Positions 26,789 through 40,700 are shown, counted from the first letter of the stretch. The stretch is 60,492 nucleotides of DNA from Catajapyx aquilonaris (GCA_000934665.2 KZ538584.1:1-60492); one strand, 5' to 3'. Notes: generated by a model not told the origin, from the letters alone. A program made the numbers and translations.

Positions 26789-28009
26789 TTTGAAGTGAAT
26801 TTTCCTCATCCTATATAATTGAGTCATATTATTTTGTACTGTACAGTACGTTTTGCAAAATTCCTCTATCGGGATTTATACTGTAGGATGAAGAAAATCA
26901 TTTCAAAAATAATCACGAGTGAGCGAGAAACGTATACAAATATGGCTTAATGTTACTTTATGTGCTGATGTTCAGTAATAAAATACTGCGGTTTCTTTCA
27001 TAATGTTTGTACAAGTTTTATCACAGTGTAGTTTTTATGCCTATATGTGTACTGTAGCACAGTTATACATTTTGAAGCATAACTGATTAAAACGTTGATG
27101 AAAAACTAACATGTACTTTCTATATTATACACCGAAGTAAATATGAAGCCATGTCAGTGCCCGGAACATTATTAATTTCTTTACAGAATCAGTCCAGATG
27201 CCTCACAATATAACGGCGTAATTGCAATTGTTTTCCAAGCCGCTCTCAATTACAATACACGCACTAATAAGTGAAATCGGCAACAGCGATTACAAAACAA
27301 ATGCATGAAAATCATCTATAGAGTTCCACATGCGCAACAAACACGTGAGATGATGCACATTAGAGCCAACCGTGCACTCTCCCGGCTACTTAATTAACTT
27401 GGCTCAGCATTAAAAACAGCGGAGTGGTTTCCCCCCGGACAAGTCGGATAATCCGGTGATGCAAAGAATCCGGGAGGATTACAACAGCTTGTGAATCCGG
27501 GGGCCTCTCCGTCCGTCCCTCTCTGCTCGTGATCGGATGGATGAACTCGAATAGGGTCAGAGGTGTCGGCCAACTGATACCATCCGACAGGGGTCACCAG
27601 CCCACCTCTTTTCTAGCCTGGAGGGGGGTAGGGCCCTCCCCAGCTATATATAGGATCCAAAATCTCTGCTGACCCATCTCTCTCTTTATACACATCCCTT
27701 TTTCTCCCACCCTGCCTCAAATTGAATCCACTCCGCATCAATCCACACAAGGAAATATATTGGGGGGAGGGCTCAGCACAAAAGGAGGTTTATAGGCCAG
27801 GTCCATGGCTAATGGTCCTTTGATGATCAGCATGTGGTGTTTGCCACTCACGCACTTTCTTTTTATTGTTGCACGCTACAGGTTTGCAAATCAAGGTCGG
27901 GCTTCATCCTGGCGAGAGAGCAACCAAAAGACATCGGATGTCTGAAGGGATTGTATGAAATCAGGCGCAAAGACCATTCCGGAGATGCATTCTCTAAAAT
28001 CTAAATCAA

Positions 28010-28208
28010 CTAGCGTGAACTCGTTACCCAAAACATGGCAACACTGCCCGGCTCGGCCAACACTTGGACGTAGCGCAATATTCCACTACCAGATGGCGCA
28101 CAGGCTCCATCTCTGCACGCTACTGCCACTCTGCGGAGAAACGCGGTACTACATGCACGTTGGTGATAAGTCACCATGGACAGACACACGCCTGGCCAAT
28201 TCCATATA
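28010..28208 (-). repeat. Dispersed repeat family B, most complete copy
   Basis: Reverse complement matches 5645-5772, 23700-23888 and partial copies at ~16545-16660 and 8957-9000 plus 9500-9570; contains TACCAGATGGCGCA. Confidence 0.8.
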
Positions 28209-29230
28209 AGATGACGCAACAATCATGCCTTAAGAATATAAAGTGAAGGTGGCAGCATTTATATGAAAACTTTGTATCAAATTGTCATAACCGACACGTG
28301 TTGTCTCCACTTTTTCAGAGTTGCAGTGCATGAAATCATCGAATGTTATTACACATTTTTCCTCCGTAAAAGCGGTTGTTAAAATATCGTCCGCGCTAAA
28401 TAGTATGATCAAAAACTTTTAACGGCTCAAACATATACACAAAAATGGGCGTAAATAAACACATTGAGCGAGTCAATAAAGTTTTTGAAACGACTTTTTA
28501 GAGCTGTCGTAACTGGGGTTGGAGCAGACAATTTTGGACGTGTTTGTGCCATTTGTATGAGTAAACAATGGTCATCAGGACATGCCCGGTATGAAAGGTC
28601 TGTAATGCAATCTACCCCTCAAAAAACATGTCACCAGACTTTTGCAGGGACAATCCGTGTGCGTGCATGCTGCGTGACATCTGCCTGGAAGAAGTGCGTT
28701 CAGCAGCACAGATGTGTGATGGTCTGCGCGCATGGCTGGCAATAACCAGCCGATGGAAGCCATGGGGAAGCTGCCCTCCCTTCCCCGTTTATATCTATAA
28801 ATCCATCCGGACATGGGCATACACACGTTACATATATCCGGGAAAAAAGAGAAGGGGAAATCCAACCGAGGGTTTCCGGGCGAATTGTGGGAGCGCACGT
28901 GCCCGGAGCGTGCCCGGAGGAAGCACTAATAAGTCGGCTCTTCAGGCCAACAAAGGCCAAGGGAAAACAGATGAAGAGAGGCGCACGACCTGTGTAATGT
29001 CCTTTGTTGGCCCTCCTGATGGACGGAAGGACGTGGCTCGTTACTGTTGAAAGACATGTCCGGGATGAGGCTTTTCCGGAGGTGTGAGACTCGCATTGTT
29101 GGAACGACAAACATTCAATCATTGCCTGCAATTGGGGACTAATGTGCACGTAGTACCATAGCCCTTCCGTGGATGGCGATCGTGCCACTCTCAGGGTCGT
29201 GGAACAGTGATGGACATTAACACTAACAGT

Positions 29231-29354
29231 GCCGGACAAAATTGCATTCCCTAAAATAATGACCGTTTTTGGGGGGTCGGAGGCGTGAATGTTACCTGGC
29301 AACATTCACGCCTCCGACGCCGAATTTTTTAAAGGGGAATGCAATTTTGTCCGG
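29231..29354. mobile_element. Foldback MITE
   Basis: CCGGACAAAATTGCATTCCC / GGGAATGCAATTTTGTCCGG outer arms and GTCGGAGGCGTGAATGTT / AACATTCACGCCTCCGAC inner arms, both perfect. Confidence 0.85.
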
Positions 29355-29379
29355 AAGTGTACAGGTGACTCCACAAGCT

Positions 29380-29545
29380 ATGGCGGCAGAAGAGAGAATC
29401 GAAATTTGCCCTCCGTATGACCACCTTCACTTTATGATCAACTGAAGGTGGTCATATGGAGAGCACATTTCGACCACCTGCTTCACTTGATTTATGATTA
29501 ACTGAAGGTGGCCATGCTGATGGCAAATTCCGATTCTGCCGCCAT
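29380..29545. mobile_element. Foldback element with duplicated right arm
   Basis: ATGGCGGCAGAA..AATTTGCC..ATGACCACCTTCA pairs with either of two TTTATGAT.AACTGAAGGTGG.CAT copies; ends TTCTGCCGCCAT. Confidence 0.75.
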
Positions 29546-31739
29546 CGGCTCGTGGCGCCACCAGTACGACACCATTAATGTCCATCACTGTACTAACAGA
29601 TGATGACTCACGCGGACAAACAGCCTCTTGATCTGACTCTGTCATTGGACTGTTCAAATCAAAACCGAGCCTGGCCATATACCTTTCTCCGTCCCTTAAA
29701 CTGCGATGGAAGCCTGGTTTTTAGGCCAGGCCGGAGATTAATGGGGGGGTCAGTGCAGCGCAGCACGTGACAGGATGTAACGGATTAACGCATTGAACGC
29801 GTCGGTATAATTGTATCTCGTAGCCGGCCATTTTCCACACGGAACACACGGGTCTGGCCTGGATTTATGGGCCGAAATGCGGGGCTTGCTCTCTCTCTCT
29901 CTCTCTCTGTGTGTGTGTATGTGGATGTGGGGGGGTTGAAACCTTCACTCCGGGAGCAGACCAAAGCCCCAAAATGTATTCGGATGGCCCTAAAATTGCG
30001 CTGATGAAAGAACATGCAAGGTTGGCATGTTTCTCCGCGTTGCTCTCGCCTATGCATTATTTACAGGTAATTCCAGGCAGGGGGAAAAAAAGCGTACAAT
30101 ACACAGCCCTCCCCTATTTTTTCACCCCCTTCCCTCCCCCCCCCTCAAACGGACTATATAGTAGTATATTCTTCATTAATGTCCGGCCAATGTTGCGAAA
30201 AGGGGAGTAATTTTTTGGTATAAAAAAAATTCAGCGGCGGAATATTGCGCCTGATAATGTTGCAAAGACGCTGATTTTATGAGTCAGTTTTTCAGCAACA
30301 ACAACATGCCACGGGCAATAATTTTGTTCATCGACCATTTCACAGAGTCCGGGCAATGGATTTGGGATTTTGACGGGATTATATCAAGGACCATATAATA
30401 GTGAACCGCAGTCCAAATGCGCAGACTCGTGAAGCACAAACAACATTTTTGCAAAAGAAATCCGCAGATGGAAAATGGCCGCGGACTGATGCAGCTGGAT
30501 TTTCTAATCATACATCAGTCCATAATGGAGTTATAATAAATAATAATAGCCACGAACATTATTTTTGATGGCATCACACTGTATCGATTCAGATTCCAGA
30601 TAAGTTATGATTAAAGCGTGGTAATAACAATGTAGCAGCTCTGAGGGATTCACTGAATCACCCCCTAAGCAAGTGACACCCTAAGCGCAACACCATTGCA
30701 TATTTAAAAAGGCCATGGGAAATGATAGCCATCATTTTGCCACCAGGCCAAATAAACAGTACCGGAGTTTTTGGGGGTCCGCGGTTCTCACACGTAAAGT
30801 AGCCCGTTTTTAGGGGAGGTTACTGGAGACATCAGAGAATCTCGGGGGCAGCCAGCTGCTTACTTCTGGTGCTCTGGGACCTCCTCTTGTGGGAAAGCAC
30901 GTGTCAGCGGCCTCGCGCCTCAGGTCACAACCCCGTTTAGTCCTAAGGGGTTATGCACGCCCCCCAGACACTGAATCACGCTTTTAAATCATTCACGATA
31001 CTCATGTTTAGACCGCAAAATGGGACGGGGCCACGCTGAACCCAATTTTACATATAGAAACAAGAGCGTGATTCGAGTCGACTTTTTTCTCATTGCCAAG
31101 GAAATTCTAATCGGACAACAACACCATAGACACTTGTTAATCTTGTTTTTTTTAACGAGAAAAAGGTCTAAAATGGACACAAGATGTGTAAGGGTAGATG
31201 TGCATTAACGATGCAATTATTTCTCAGGCGTATGCAACCCGCAATCACACCTTGAGTGATGGTAGCGTCGCACTGCATCCATCAGCTTGATGGAACAAGT
31301 GAGTCGATCACGTTACTAATTCACGAAGGGAACCGCCTACACGATGCGGTTGATCCAGCCAGTTGGCCCTCCCCTGTTATGTATGTTAAAAGGCATATAC
31401 CCCCACCATCGAAAAAGCGTGAATATGGATAAGGGAAGGGTGATAAGGTGCCGATATGACGGCTGGTATAGGGAGGGGGGGGGTGTTCGGGAGCCTAAAA
31501 TCTTGGGATTTGTCAGCGCCTACATTTTCGGGGGGACCTGTGATAAATGGGGTCAGAGCCAGGGGTTGGTTTCTTTTTTTCCCCTGTTACATGAACCCAA
31601 TGGAGCGGTTATGCGATCAATGGGAGGTGAAATGGGACTGCCCGCTTCATTTGCATACGGATTTTTACGACTCTATGCCTTATGGAACCAATACACAGCC
31701 CAGATGTTGTAATATCAATCACGTCGTGGATAAGTTTTG

Positions 31740-31915
31740 AAGAAGAAAAAAACTCCTACTGCTTACTACTATTCCTACTGCTTACATCCCAATTGGTCTT
31801 CCAATAAACCAAACCAATTTTTTGGAGAGAAAAAACCCTCCTACTGCTCACGACTCCTACGCCTACTGCTACTGCTTACATCCCAATTGGTCTCCCAATA
31901 AACCAAACCGAATTA
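31740..31915. repeat. Tandem duplication of ~85-95 bp
   Basis: CTACTGCTTACATCCCAATTGGTCT.CCAATAAACCAAACC occurs twice. Confidence 0.85.
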
Positions 31916-34140
31916 GTGTGAAAATCCTAATTGCATTCTCTGCGATTTACCCTCCGAATGGCCACCTGCTTAGAGGAACCACCCCTCTATAATCCGGGCT
32001 AATCCCGTATCCAAAGTCAAATGATGGTTTCTCCGATCGGTTGCAGGGAGAGATGCTGGGAATGGACCCGAGAATTGTGGGACACAGAATCGAACCCTAT
32101 CGCGAACCCTCGACAAAACGTGGCCATCTGGCTTAATGGAGCTCCCGACCACTCGACTAACCTGTCTGAAACGATCGTAATTTATGTGCACCCTTCTTTT
32201 GTTGCATTCAAAACATTACTCTGCAGATATTATGCGGTTGTGCAGTTGGTTGCCACTATTTTAGGCCTATAGAACTGGATTCATATGAAAAAATTGCCTT
32301 AGAACCCTGCCTGCATCATGTTTGAATAATGCGTCCTCCTGCATAATGAAATTCTGCACTTTGAACAGCTGCCTGGTCTGTAGATGTCAACTATACACGT
32401 GTGGTTGTTTTCCGGCCTGTTACACCTGTTCTTATCCGTATCATGCTTATCAGTGTTGTACGTCATGCAGTGCTCTCAAATTCAATAGTACAATAATTAA
32501 AACGCGAAAATTACCTAAAAGTGAGCAGAAAATCAAACTCATGAAGCCAGTAATTCCTGCTCGTAAATAGTACACGTGTCATCCAATTTCTACAGCTTCT
32601 TTCCAATGCATGCGGTCCTTTTCTTCGCCTGGCCCGTAAATCCCTCTAGGGATGATCAAGATCAGCCTAATTCAGCATGCCTGAAGCCCCAGTCGACTTT
32701 TCATCATCAGATTCTCCTATACCCTCCAAGCCTCCCCCAAAAAATAGGAGAAAGGAAAAGGACCCTTCCGCGGACTACATTAAATATATAAAATCCGCCG
32801 AGGTGCGTAACTTAATTTACTGGGGGGGGAGAGGCATTGATTTTTTTTTTTGCACATGTGACTCCCTGGAGTAAATACGAGGCGTGAATTATTCACTGCT
32901 TCCTCAAAATTAGTCTGCAGGATCAGTCTAGGAGCCCGGGAACCTTGTATTTGTCCGATGAGCTCTTAATTTAATTTGGAAATGCCTGAAGGAGCTCAGG
33001 CTCCGGAAAAAAATACTTCCTTCTTGTCAAACACAGCAACCGGATATCTCCTCTAGGGAAAAAGTGTAGAAACCTTTTTTTCCCTTCAAACACCATGAGC
33101 AACGCCCATAATTCCTAAAACGGCCGTAAATTTAGGCGTGGATAATCTTATAAATATCGTTATGGAAAAAGGTCGGCGTAATTGAAATTCTTTGTAGTCA
33201 GACCCAAGCCACACCCTTCAGGGCAGAAAAATGCAACGGAAAAAAGGGGGGACTCTCACTATACGTATATATGTGTGCTATACGTGTGCTATGTACGGGG
33301 ATTATGCACCCTTGCGGAAAGCGCTGCATGTTTTAGTTCTTCTTTCTGCCGGGTGAATTTGCGTTTGGAATTATTTGTGAGCCGGATAAGGACGATAATC
33401 TGGAGCTGCACGCGCAAATTATTTCCTAGAGAGCGTTAGCATTTTCAATCGCTTCTGAATCTGTAAAGGTCACTTTTCATCTTTGCATGATGCAACCCAA
33501 TTACAGCTTTCGGCAACATTTGACGAAATGGAGAACAATCAGAGACACAATAATGAGGATTTGATGCGTGATGATACGCAATTTTTTTACGAACATTTTT
33601 CTACAGAATCAGATACCTTCGACAAATAATACAAAATGTCAACTGAGGTCTTCATTTTGAATCAGTTCAGCAGACATGGGCCGAGTTCAATGTATAGCAT
33701 CCCTGAAGCGCGTCAGTGCCGTTTCTCAAAAGGAAAGGTGATTGTCATGGGAGAATAGGAGATAATTGCACCCCCCTTTATATCTATCGGAGACAAAGAT
33801 GAAAAGGGCCTGCCGCGCCTCTTGGTCTCTCTGTGCCGATGGGTAGTATCAGCACAGAGACAACAGAAGGGGCTTTTGCCCTCTGCTGCCTTCTGGAGTG
33901 GCTCTGGCATAAGTGGACTTTTGCCAAACAAACCCCGGCCCTTTCGAGGGTCCGGATCCTCTCCCCCCCGTCCTCTCGGGAGCCCTACTCATCGCCACTC
34001 AGGTGAGGAACAGCCACCAGTCAGGGCCTCTAATCGCTCCAATCTTTTGCTTATACTGTGACGGATAACACCGTCCTCGAGTCGAAGCGTAATACTGAAA
34101 GCAACGTGCAATTCAAAACTTTACAGAAAAATGCGATTCT

Positions 34141-34214
34141 AATATCCGGACGAGTCGATTAAGCGGAGGATTTCATTTGATGCAAATATCCGGATGAGTC
34201 GATTAAGCGGATGA
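34141..34214. repeat. 30-bp direct repeat, 44-bp period
   Basis: AATATCCGGA(C/T)GAGTCGATTAAGCGGA(G/T)GA at 34141 and 34185. Confidence 0.85.
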
Positions 34215-35399
34215 TGATTTATGTAGAATGGAAGGAAGATTTTGTCCAGGTTGGTTTGGAAGGATAGGCTATACCGTACCGTCACATGCACGTGCAGAAT
34301 ATCATTGAACATTACATAAATAAACCTTTTCGTGACATCAAGGTTGCCAACTCAAAGTAGTTGTCAGCAAATCGGACGTGAATAGGGGCAATGTGCAGGG
34401 CACAGTCACAACACATTCATCATCCGCATTCAGAGTGAATCACAGTGACGTCTGTGCGATGACAAGATCTGGCTCATATATAATAACACAATCATACAGA
34501 GCAATGTCTGGTGCTCAACGTGTGCAAGCATAATATAGTCACGGAATCATCACTGCACGAACTACGCGGTATTAATCGGTATTATTGCGATTCTCTCTTT
34601 TTTGCAACAAAATCGCATTAAAATCCCGACCGTGTTGGCTTTGATTGGACAATTTATTCGCTTGCACCCACGCTTTTAAAAAAATCGGTCCTAAATAGCT
34701 ACTAAAAGCCAGAATTTAATCAACTTAGCCTGTGAAATTATGTCGAATTGTTTATCTTCCTCACTCCGACAAATGGGATAAATAAGCGACGAAAGGTTTG
34801 CGATTCAATGTGAAAAATAATAATAATTGTAGTCAGTTATTCATTGCAGTAGCTGCATTATTGCAACAATGTTATACGCTAGAGTTTATCAACAAAAATA
34901 GCCTAGCAGAAAATGCCAGCTTATGCATGGAATATTATACACATATACATAATTTAAAAAATCCTTCATTAGTTTTACTATAGAAAAACAAATCTCAATA
35001 TATTGTATACTAGATCCATAAATACCATTTACTGAATGCATAACTTTATTCTGAAAGTGAATAATTTCATTTTACGCACAAGCTGAATAAGCTGTACTTT
35101 ATGCATTAGGTGAATAAAATTTATAAAGGCAACGTTTCAAACCAAAGACATTAGTATTTATGTACTTTTACTTTACAGTGACAATAAAATAATAATGCCA
35201 AGAAATGCGTTGGAATGATTGCAAATATCTTTTTGCGAATACGGATCCGGATAAGTGTTTCAAATTGAATTATGGTGAAAATGAGGCATGGCAATGATCA
35301 ACATGTGCCGAATGTCACGGAGGGGTGTACACACACAGAGTTGTGCTTGGGAAGGTCTCCCTGACGAACAATAGTAGCAGGTGGCCTCAGGGGAAAAGT

Positions 35400-35632
35400 G
35401 TCCCCTCTCTTCCTGACGTCAACCTCAACACGAGCCAATTGTAAACTCCCGTTTCTCTCCCCCACCTTACCCTCCTCCTCCTCTTTCCCACACACACACA
35501 CACATGCTCGACCCTCATCAACACACAAGTTTTTCATAATCCGGAGACTCCGGCAGTCTCACAGTGCGAGCTCCGGATTATAGTGTGGCGAAACTATTTC
35601 TGGTGGCGTTTTAATTGAGGCGGAAACCAATT
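35400..35632 (+). promoter_or_regulatory. Probable Lim3 proximal promoter and 5' UTR
   Basis: Immediately upstream of the ATG. Contains a full CRE palindrome TGACGTCA (35414..35421), CCAAT, a CT-rich tract and (CA)n, and Inr-like CAGT motifs near 35553-35565. Confidence 0.45.
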
Positions 35633-35747
35633 ATGATCGTGGCCGGAGACTTGCCTCCAACGCCGCCAATCTCCAGCCCGGAATCCCCGCATTTCTCCCA
35701 CGCAGATGAAGTTACCATTCATACCCACTTGCCCAAGATGCTGCTGA
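35633..35747 (+). CDS. Lim3: Lhx3/4 (Lim3) LIM-homeobox gene, coding exon 1
   Basis: ATG at 35633 opens MIVAGDLPPTPPISSPESPHFSHADEVTIHTHLPKMLL and ends at A|GTAAGT (phase 1). It joins exon 2 in frame to give LPKMLLTTIPKC, resembling the LPxxLLSTIPKC junction I recall for insect Lim3. Absent from the ORF track (<60 aa). Confidence 0.8.
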
Positions 35748-37491
35748 GTAAGTCAAAACCGTCACGTCTATCTCCTTCCGTCTCTCTCTGATGTGTGTAA
35801 ACTCTGATCCCGCTTAATTACATCCAGCGCATGCTGGAAAAAGACGCGGGCTGATTTGCGCGCCAAATTTTGCGCGCCATCTTAAGGCCCGGTTGTGTGA
35901 AGGCAAATTAATTTGGGGAAATGTCTGATTATGTGTATAGCACATTCGCATTCATAATGCAAAAATAATATGGCATTAATTTATATTTGCTTTGATTAAT
36001 AATTTCCAAATAAACATCCGATTAATATTACTATAAATGAACATTGCAAGAGACAGAGTGTTGGCATTTTTTGTGTACTATTTTCTGGGATGAAACACAA
36101 ATCTTTATTTCCTCTCCGTTGTCCTAAAAACGAGTGATCTTAAAAATATTATTTACGAATAATTTGACTTTTGAGCTTACTCTTCCAAAAGTAGCTAAAT
36201 ATAAATACATATGCCATTGTGTTATTTTTAAAATCATTGAAATATTCTAGTGTATACGTGTATCCGATTGTCCACCGTACAGATTACTATAACGATACAT
36301 ATTTTGTTAGCGATGTGCTCAATGCTCAGACAATTAGATGATTTCTTTCTTGTTACCTATATACTGCTAGTGCTAAGAGCTATTTAGTTGCAAAACTGCA
36401 TTGATTTTCTTTCAAAAATAACACTAAATATAGTTTCATTACTTGAGTTGATTTTTATCAGGCACGTGCAACCTCCCAAAAATATTTTATGGCGCCTGAA
36501 TATTATAAATCCAAATTACTGGCGATCCAATTGCTTTGAAATGTTACGAGAGTACATGAATAGACAGTAATACGTATTTACTCAGCAATACGTTACACCT
36601 CACTGAACATTTCGGGTCGACTGGATCATTTGTGATCCAAAAATAACTCGATATAAATTTAGACGTCACTTATTATTTTGAGGTAATTTTTACTCAAAAT
36701 ACTTTGCCGTTTAGGCATACCCAAACTTCCAAATATATTTTAATGTTTATCTACCTGAACATGCGGATCACTGTATCCATATGTTTATTCGACCATGTAC
36801 ATTACTATATACAGGCGAAATGTTACAACCTCTCGTCAAGCGCATGGGGACGACCTTTAAAATAATAATCGTGATTAGTTTGCGGCGTCGAAGCTTACAT
36901 GTACATTGATTGGGTTCCATGCAGGCGTGCACTGAGCCCTTAAAGTTTAACTACCAATCACGCTGCTATTAAATAACTAACACGATTACACGTCATTTTT
37001 GGAATCAAGTCGGTGTGTAGCGTGTAATGTAGATTGCGGATTGAATGAAATTTTGACGGGGGGACACAGTCGCAGCCAAATTCCGGCGAGGTAAATATTT
37101 AATCAAGTGTGACACCTCGTGACAGCCGGCTGCATATGCGCTGTCACATAGCGACCTAATTAGATCAAGCGTAATTGGAAATTATTTAAGGTCCCGTGCA
37201 TTTGATAATATTGTTTGGGTCCACTGTCGTATTTTAATCTGCGTCACTTAAAATGTTTACGGTCATGGGGAAAGGTGCTTAACAATACATCATAGAGTCG
37301 GGCATTGTCTAATTAATTATTGTCATAAATGTACAGGAATATAGACGATAATTGTTAAACTGATAATTAAGGACCGGTATAGTATACGAACAGAAAAGAA
37401 AAAAAAAATCTCCAGTTACGTGCATTGCGAATATTTTCACGCATTAGGTTGTGCAGCCAGTACTCATCATTGTTTTTATTATAATTTCCAG

Positions 37492-37666
37492 CCACCATCC
37501 CTAAATGCTCTGGATGCGACCAGATGATTCTGGATAGGTTCATCTTGAAAGTCCTGGACCGCACCTGGCATGCAAAGTGCCTCAAGTGCCACGACTGTAG
37601 TCATCAACTGGCCGACAAGTGCTTCGCCAGAAATGGTCAAGTCTTCTGCAAAGACGATTTCTTCAA
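37492..37666 (+). CDS. Lim3: Lim3 exon 2, LIM domain 1
   Basis: TTTCCAG acceptor; [66 protein letters not shown] donor (phase 2). Confidence 0.97.
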
Positions 37667-39026
37667 GTAAGTCCACTTTCCATGCCTGACTTTTAATCAA
37701 TATACTGTCTTATTGAAGATTAATTCAATATGCGCTGTATATTTGTTGGATATAACATCAGTCTGTAATATCCAAAGTTATAGTCCTTGTAAGGCTTTAA
37801 AAATGCGCAAACGTTTGCTTCTTCAATATTCAGCCAAAATTTTGTTGAAGCATTAAATTTTTAAGTAGCCACGCAGCATTGTGCTGTAGATAATTTCATT
37901 ATTAATAGATTAATATGGTGGAAGAATGGAAAAGGTTCAAAAAACGCGCAATATATACATTCAAAGCGGCTTTTAAGGTATCAATAATAATTTTGCAGCA
38001 AAAATGTGGGATTCAAATAAGTTAATTTTGAATAAAAATTTTAATAACGACTAGACAAACCTACTCAAGACGCATGGCTAGAGATACATGCGAATTCGGA
38101 ACAAAACAAGCGGCGAATTTCATTCCTTACCTCGACACATGATGCAAAAAGTACTCGTATATCAGCGTGAAAATACTATCATTCTTATCATTCTGATCCG
38201 TTACAAATAAACGGACACCTCCATTGCAAGACACTGCAACAAACGCAGTTTCCTGATCTACTGTAAAATTCTAATGCATGAAATTTTCTCAGCATCTTGA
38301 GTTGTAATTCTGAACCATTCGTGTAATAATTTGTGTTGCATCATTATCATCGAAATAGCCTGGATATCTTTACGAACACAGACTATATTGCTGTGGTGCT
38401 CTATATACGGAGGTCAGGGCTTTCCCACGACACTGAAACTGAGCAACATGGAGAACTCGACCTTTCATGTCCAATTTGTCCAGACACGTAATCCCAGTGT
38501 CTCTCTCTCTCTCAGCGAAACTCGGGGGGTGCTCCAAGCAAATGTCACAAGCAAACCCCTTAATTGGCCGTAACTAACACCCGTGTCACAAAATGCAACA
38601 AGTGTACACCTTTCACCTGGCAGGTAGCAACATAACAAGCCAGGATTTTCTCTCTTTTTTAATGCCTCAACTCCCAGCAGCATTTTGACGCAATGGTCCT
38701 GGTCCAGTTTCTTCAATTCAATTTTTGTACTCCTCAAGGCGCCACAAGTACGACACTATTAATGTCCACCACTGTACTACAGGCAGCGGAAATGATGACT
38801 CACGATAATCAGAGACACAAACTAAAGTCAGTTTTACATAATTATGATGCGGAAAAATGGTGTGTCAACCACAACTTTTGAGCCTTTCTTTAGGTTTTTT
38901 GGATCATGATGGAAATAAAATTCTATCTATCTATATCTCATTCGCTTTTGGTTTTTTTTTTAAATGGAAAGTGTGGGGGGCCATGCTGAATTTTATGAGC
39001 AAGGGCCGTTACATTTCCCCGTGCAG

Positions 39027-39229
39027 GAGGTTCGGGACGAGGTGCGCAGGCTGTGACCAAGGAATACCGCCCACGCAGGTGGTGAGGAGAGCCCAGGACA
39101 ACGTGTACCACCTCCAATGCTTCTCATGCATCATGTGCAGCAGGCAACTCAACACAGGGGACGAGTTTTACCTGATGGAGGACAAGAAGTTGGTCTGCAA
39201 GTCAGACTATGAGTCGGCCAAGGCAAAAG
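39027..39229 (+). CDS. Lim3: Lim3 exon 3, LIM domain 2
   Basis: TGCAG acceptor; [74 protein letters not shown] donor (phase 1). Lies within ORF 38857..39276. Confidence 0.97.
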
Positions 39230-40469
39230 GTATCCACAATAACTGCATTTTGGTCTTCACTTGGAGATCCAACTAAGTCCTCTGCTGCACATGGAAAGGT
39301 TGAGCGTTAGAGTTTCTTGCGAGTGGCAAAATTGCTCAATTTAATTTACCAATTTAGCACAGGATGATTCCTAAAAATCAGGACAGGGGCAAGCCTTGCA
39401 AGTGCTTGAATATGCGACCAAGGCCCCTTTCCTAGCTGATTAATTACTCCGACGCAATAACATTATGCTGGAAAAGTAAACGTGTCTCGAAGCATTAATC
39501 AGATTGGAGTATGAAAGATGCATAATTTTTTCCCCCCAGTGCTACAAAAACCGCGTTCAGTTAAGTATCACTCATCACTGCTTAAACATTGCTGCCTGCA
39601 TTTGCTGCACCAATACCATTATGCATACCTCTTAAGTGCCTTTTATTTGCCGCATTAACGAGGTAGAGCAAAGTACTGTAAAATGGAAGAGAAGCCTGTG
39701 CTAGACAAGGTTTCAATTGTGTGTGCTTTTTTCCGTTCTTGTTTACTTATCTTGTTAGGATTGACTGAACCAGTGAAAATGACGGCGAACTCAACTCGTA
39801 AAAGCGAATAAGTAGCCGGCTCTTGGAAGCGGACCAGATATTTTTGCCAGTTTTTTAAGCAGAGAAACTCTAACGCTATATATATAGCAGATCGGACAGA
39901 TGGTTTTGTTCTGTGTATTCGTTTCCAAAGATCTCATTTAATTTTTTAAACGCACGTGGTTTTAGTTGACTATTAAACGTGTGTAAATACCACTCTTTTT
40001 TGAGGAGGGAGAATTTTTGCACTTGAAATAATACGTAAAAAATTGTGCCAAAATTCTTCTTCCGTTCACTTTTCTTTTTATTGTGTCACCACCCTTCTCC
40101 CAGTTTGATAGTAGCACAAGAAAGAAGATTTAACAAAACCTGCTGAACGTTTGTAGTGTGTGTATCATATAGCTACACACTGGGATCTTCAGAGCCTATC
40201 CTTTTCCCTATAGATTTTAATATGGAAAAATTATTATTACCTTATAGCATGATTCTTACCAGTACTGGAAGGACCAAAAAAGGTCGGATACGATTCCAAT
40301 GCCACTCGTCCAAATGTTTTAAAGCAGAAATTAAACTGTAGTGTTAATTAAATTTTTAAAATATTATATTCAGCCATATTCGGTAATTCACTAATTTGTC
40401 GTAAATTCGTACTCACCAACGAAGTGCTTCTTATAAGTAGAAAATTAATCGTATATCTGTCCTTTTATT

Positions 40470-40700
40470 CACTCTAAAAAATTGAGGGCTTTTCCACTCG
40501 ATTTGAGTGATTTTTACTCTTTCGCCTACTTGATTTGACTCTCACTCGTTTTGACAGTTTTCGATCACTCATTTTCACTCTTATTCTTTCGAGTAATATT
40601 CCACTCGATTGCAATTAAAGTAAATCTTTCCGGAGTGAAATTCGCTCAAAAAGATCATTTCACGAAATAGCTGCATTTTGAGTGAAAATTTCACTCGGAA
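40470..40700. mobile_element. Degenerate element made of repeated TTTT(C)ACTC / GAGTGAAA motifs, Lim3 intron 3
   Basis: Starts CACTCTAAAAAA and carries about ten ACTC/GAGT motifs in both orientations, as in subterminal repeats of non-autonomous DNA transposons. Confidence 0.5.

Noticed and set aside
28628..29305. 140- and 201-aa ORFs
   Set aside because: No domain, and the longer one starts inside a foldback MITE.
37367..37700. Minus-strand ORFs
   Set aside because: Antisense shadows of Lim3 exon 2; the same applies to 42148..42378, 47038..47553 and 48228..48446.
3500..38429. Su(H)/CSL sites YGTGRGAA at 3500, 8771, 9709, 10136, 30888 and 38422
   Set aside because: About seven are expected by chance in 60 kb on both strands, and no paired site was seen.
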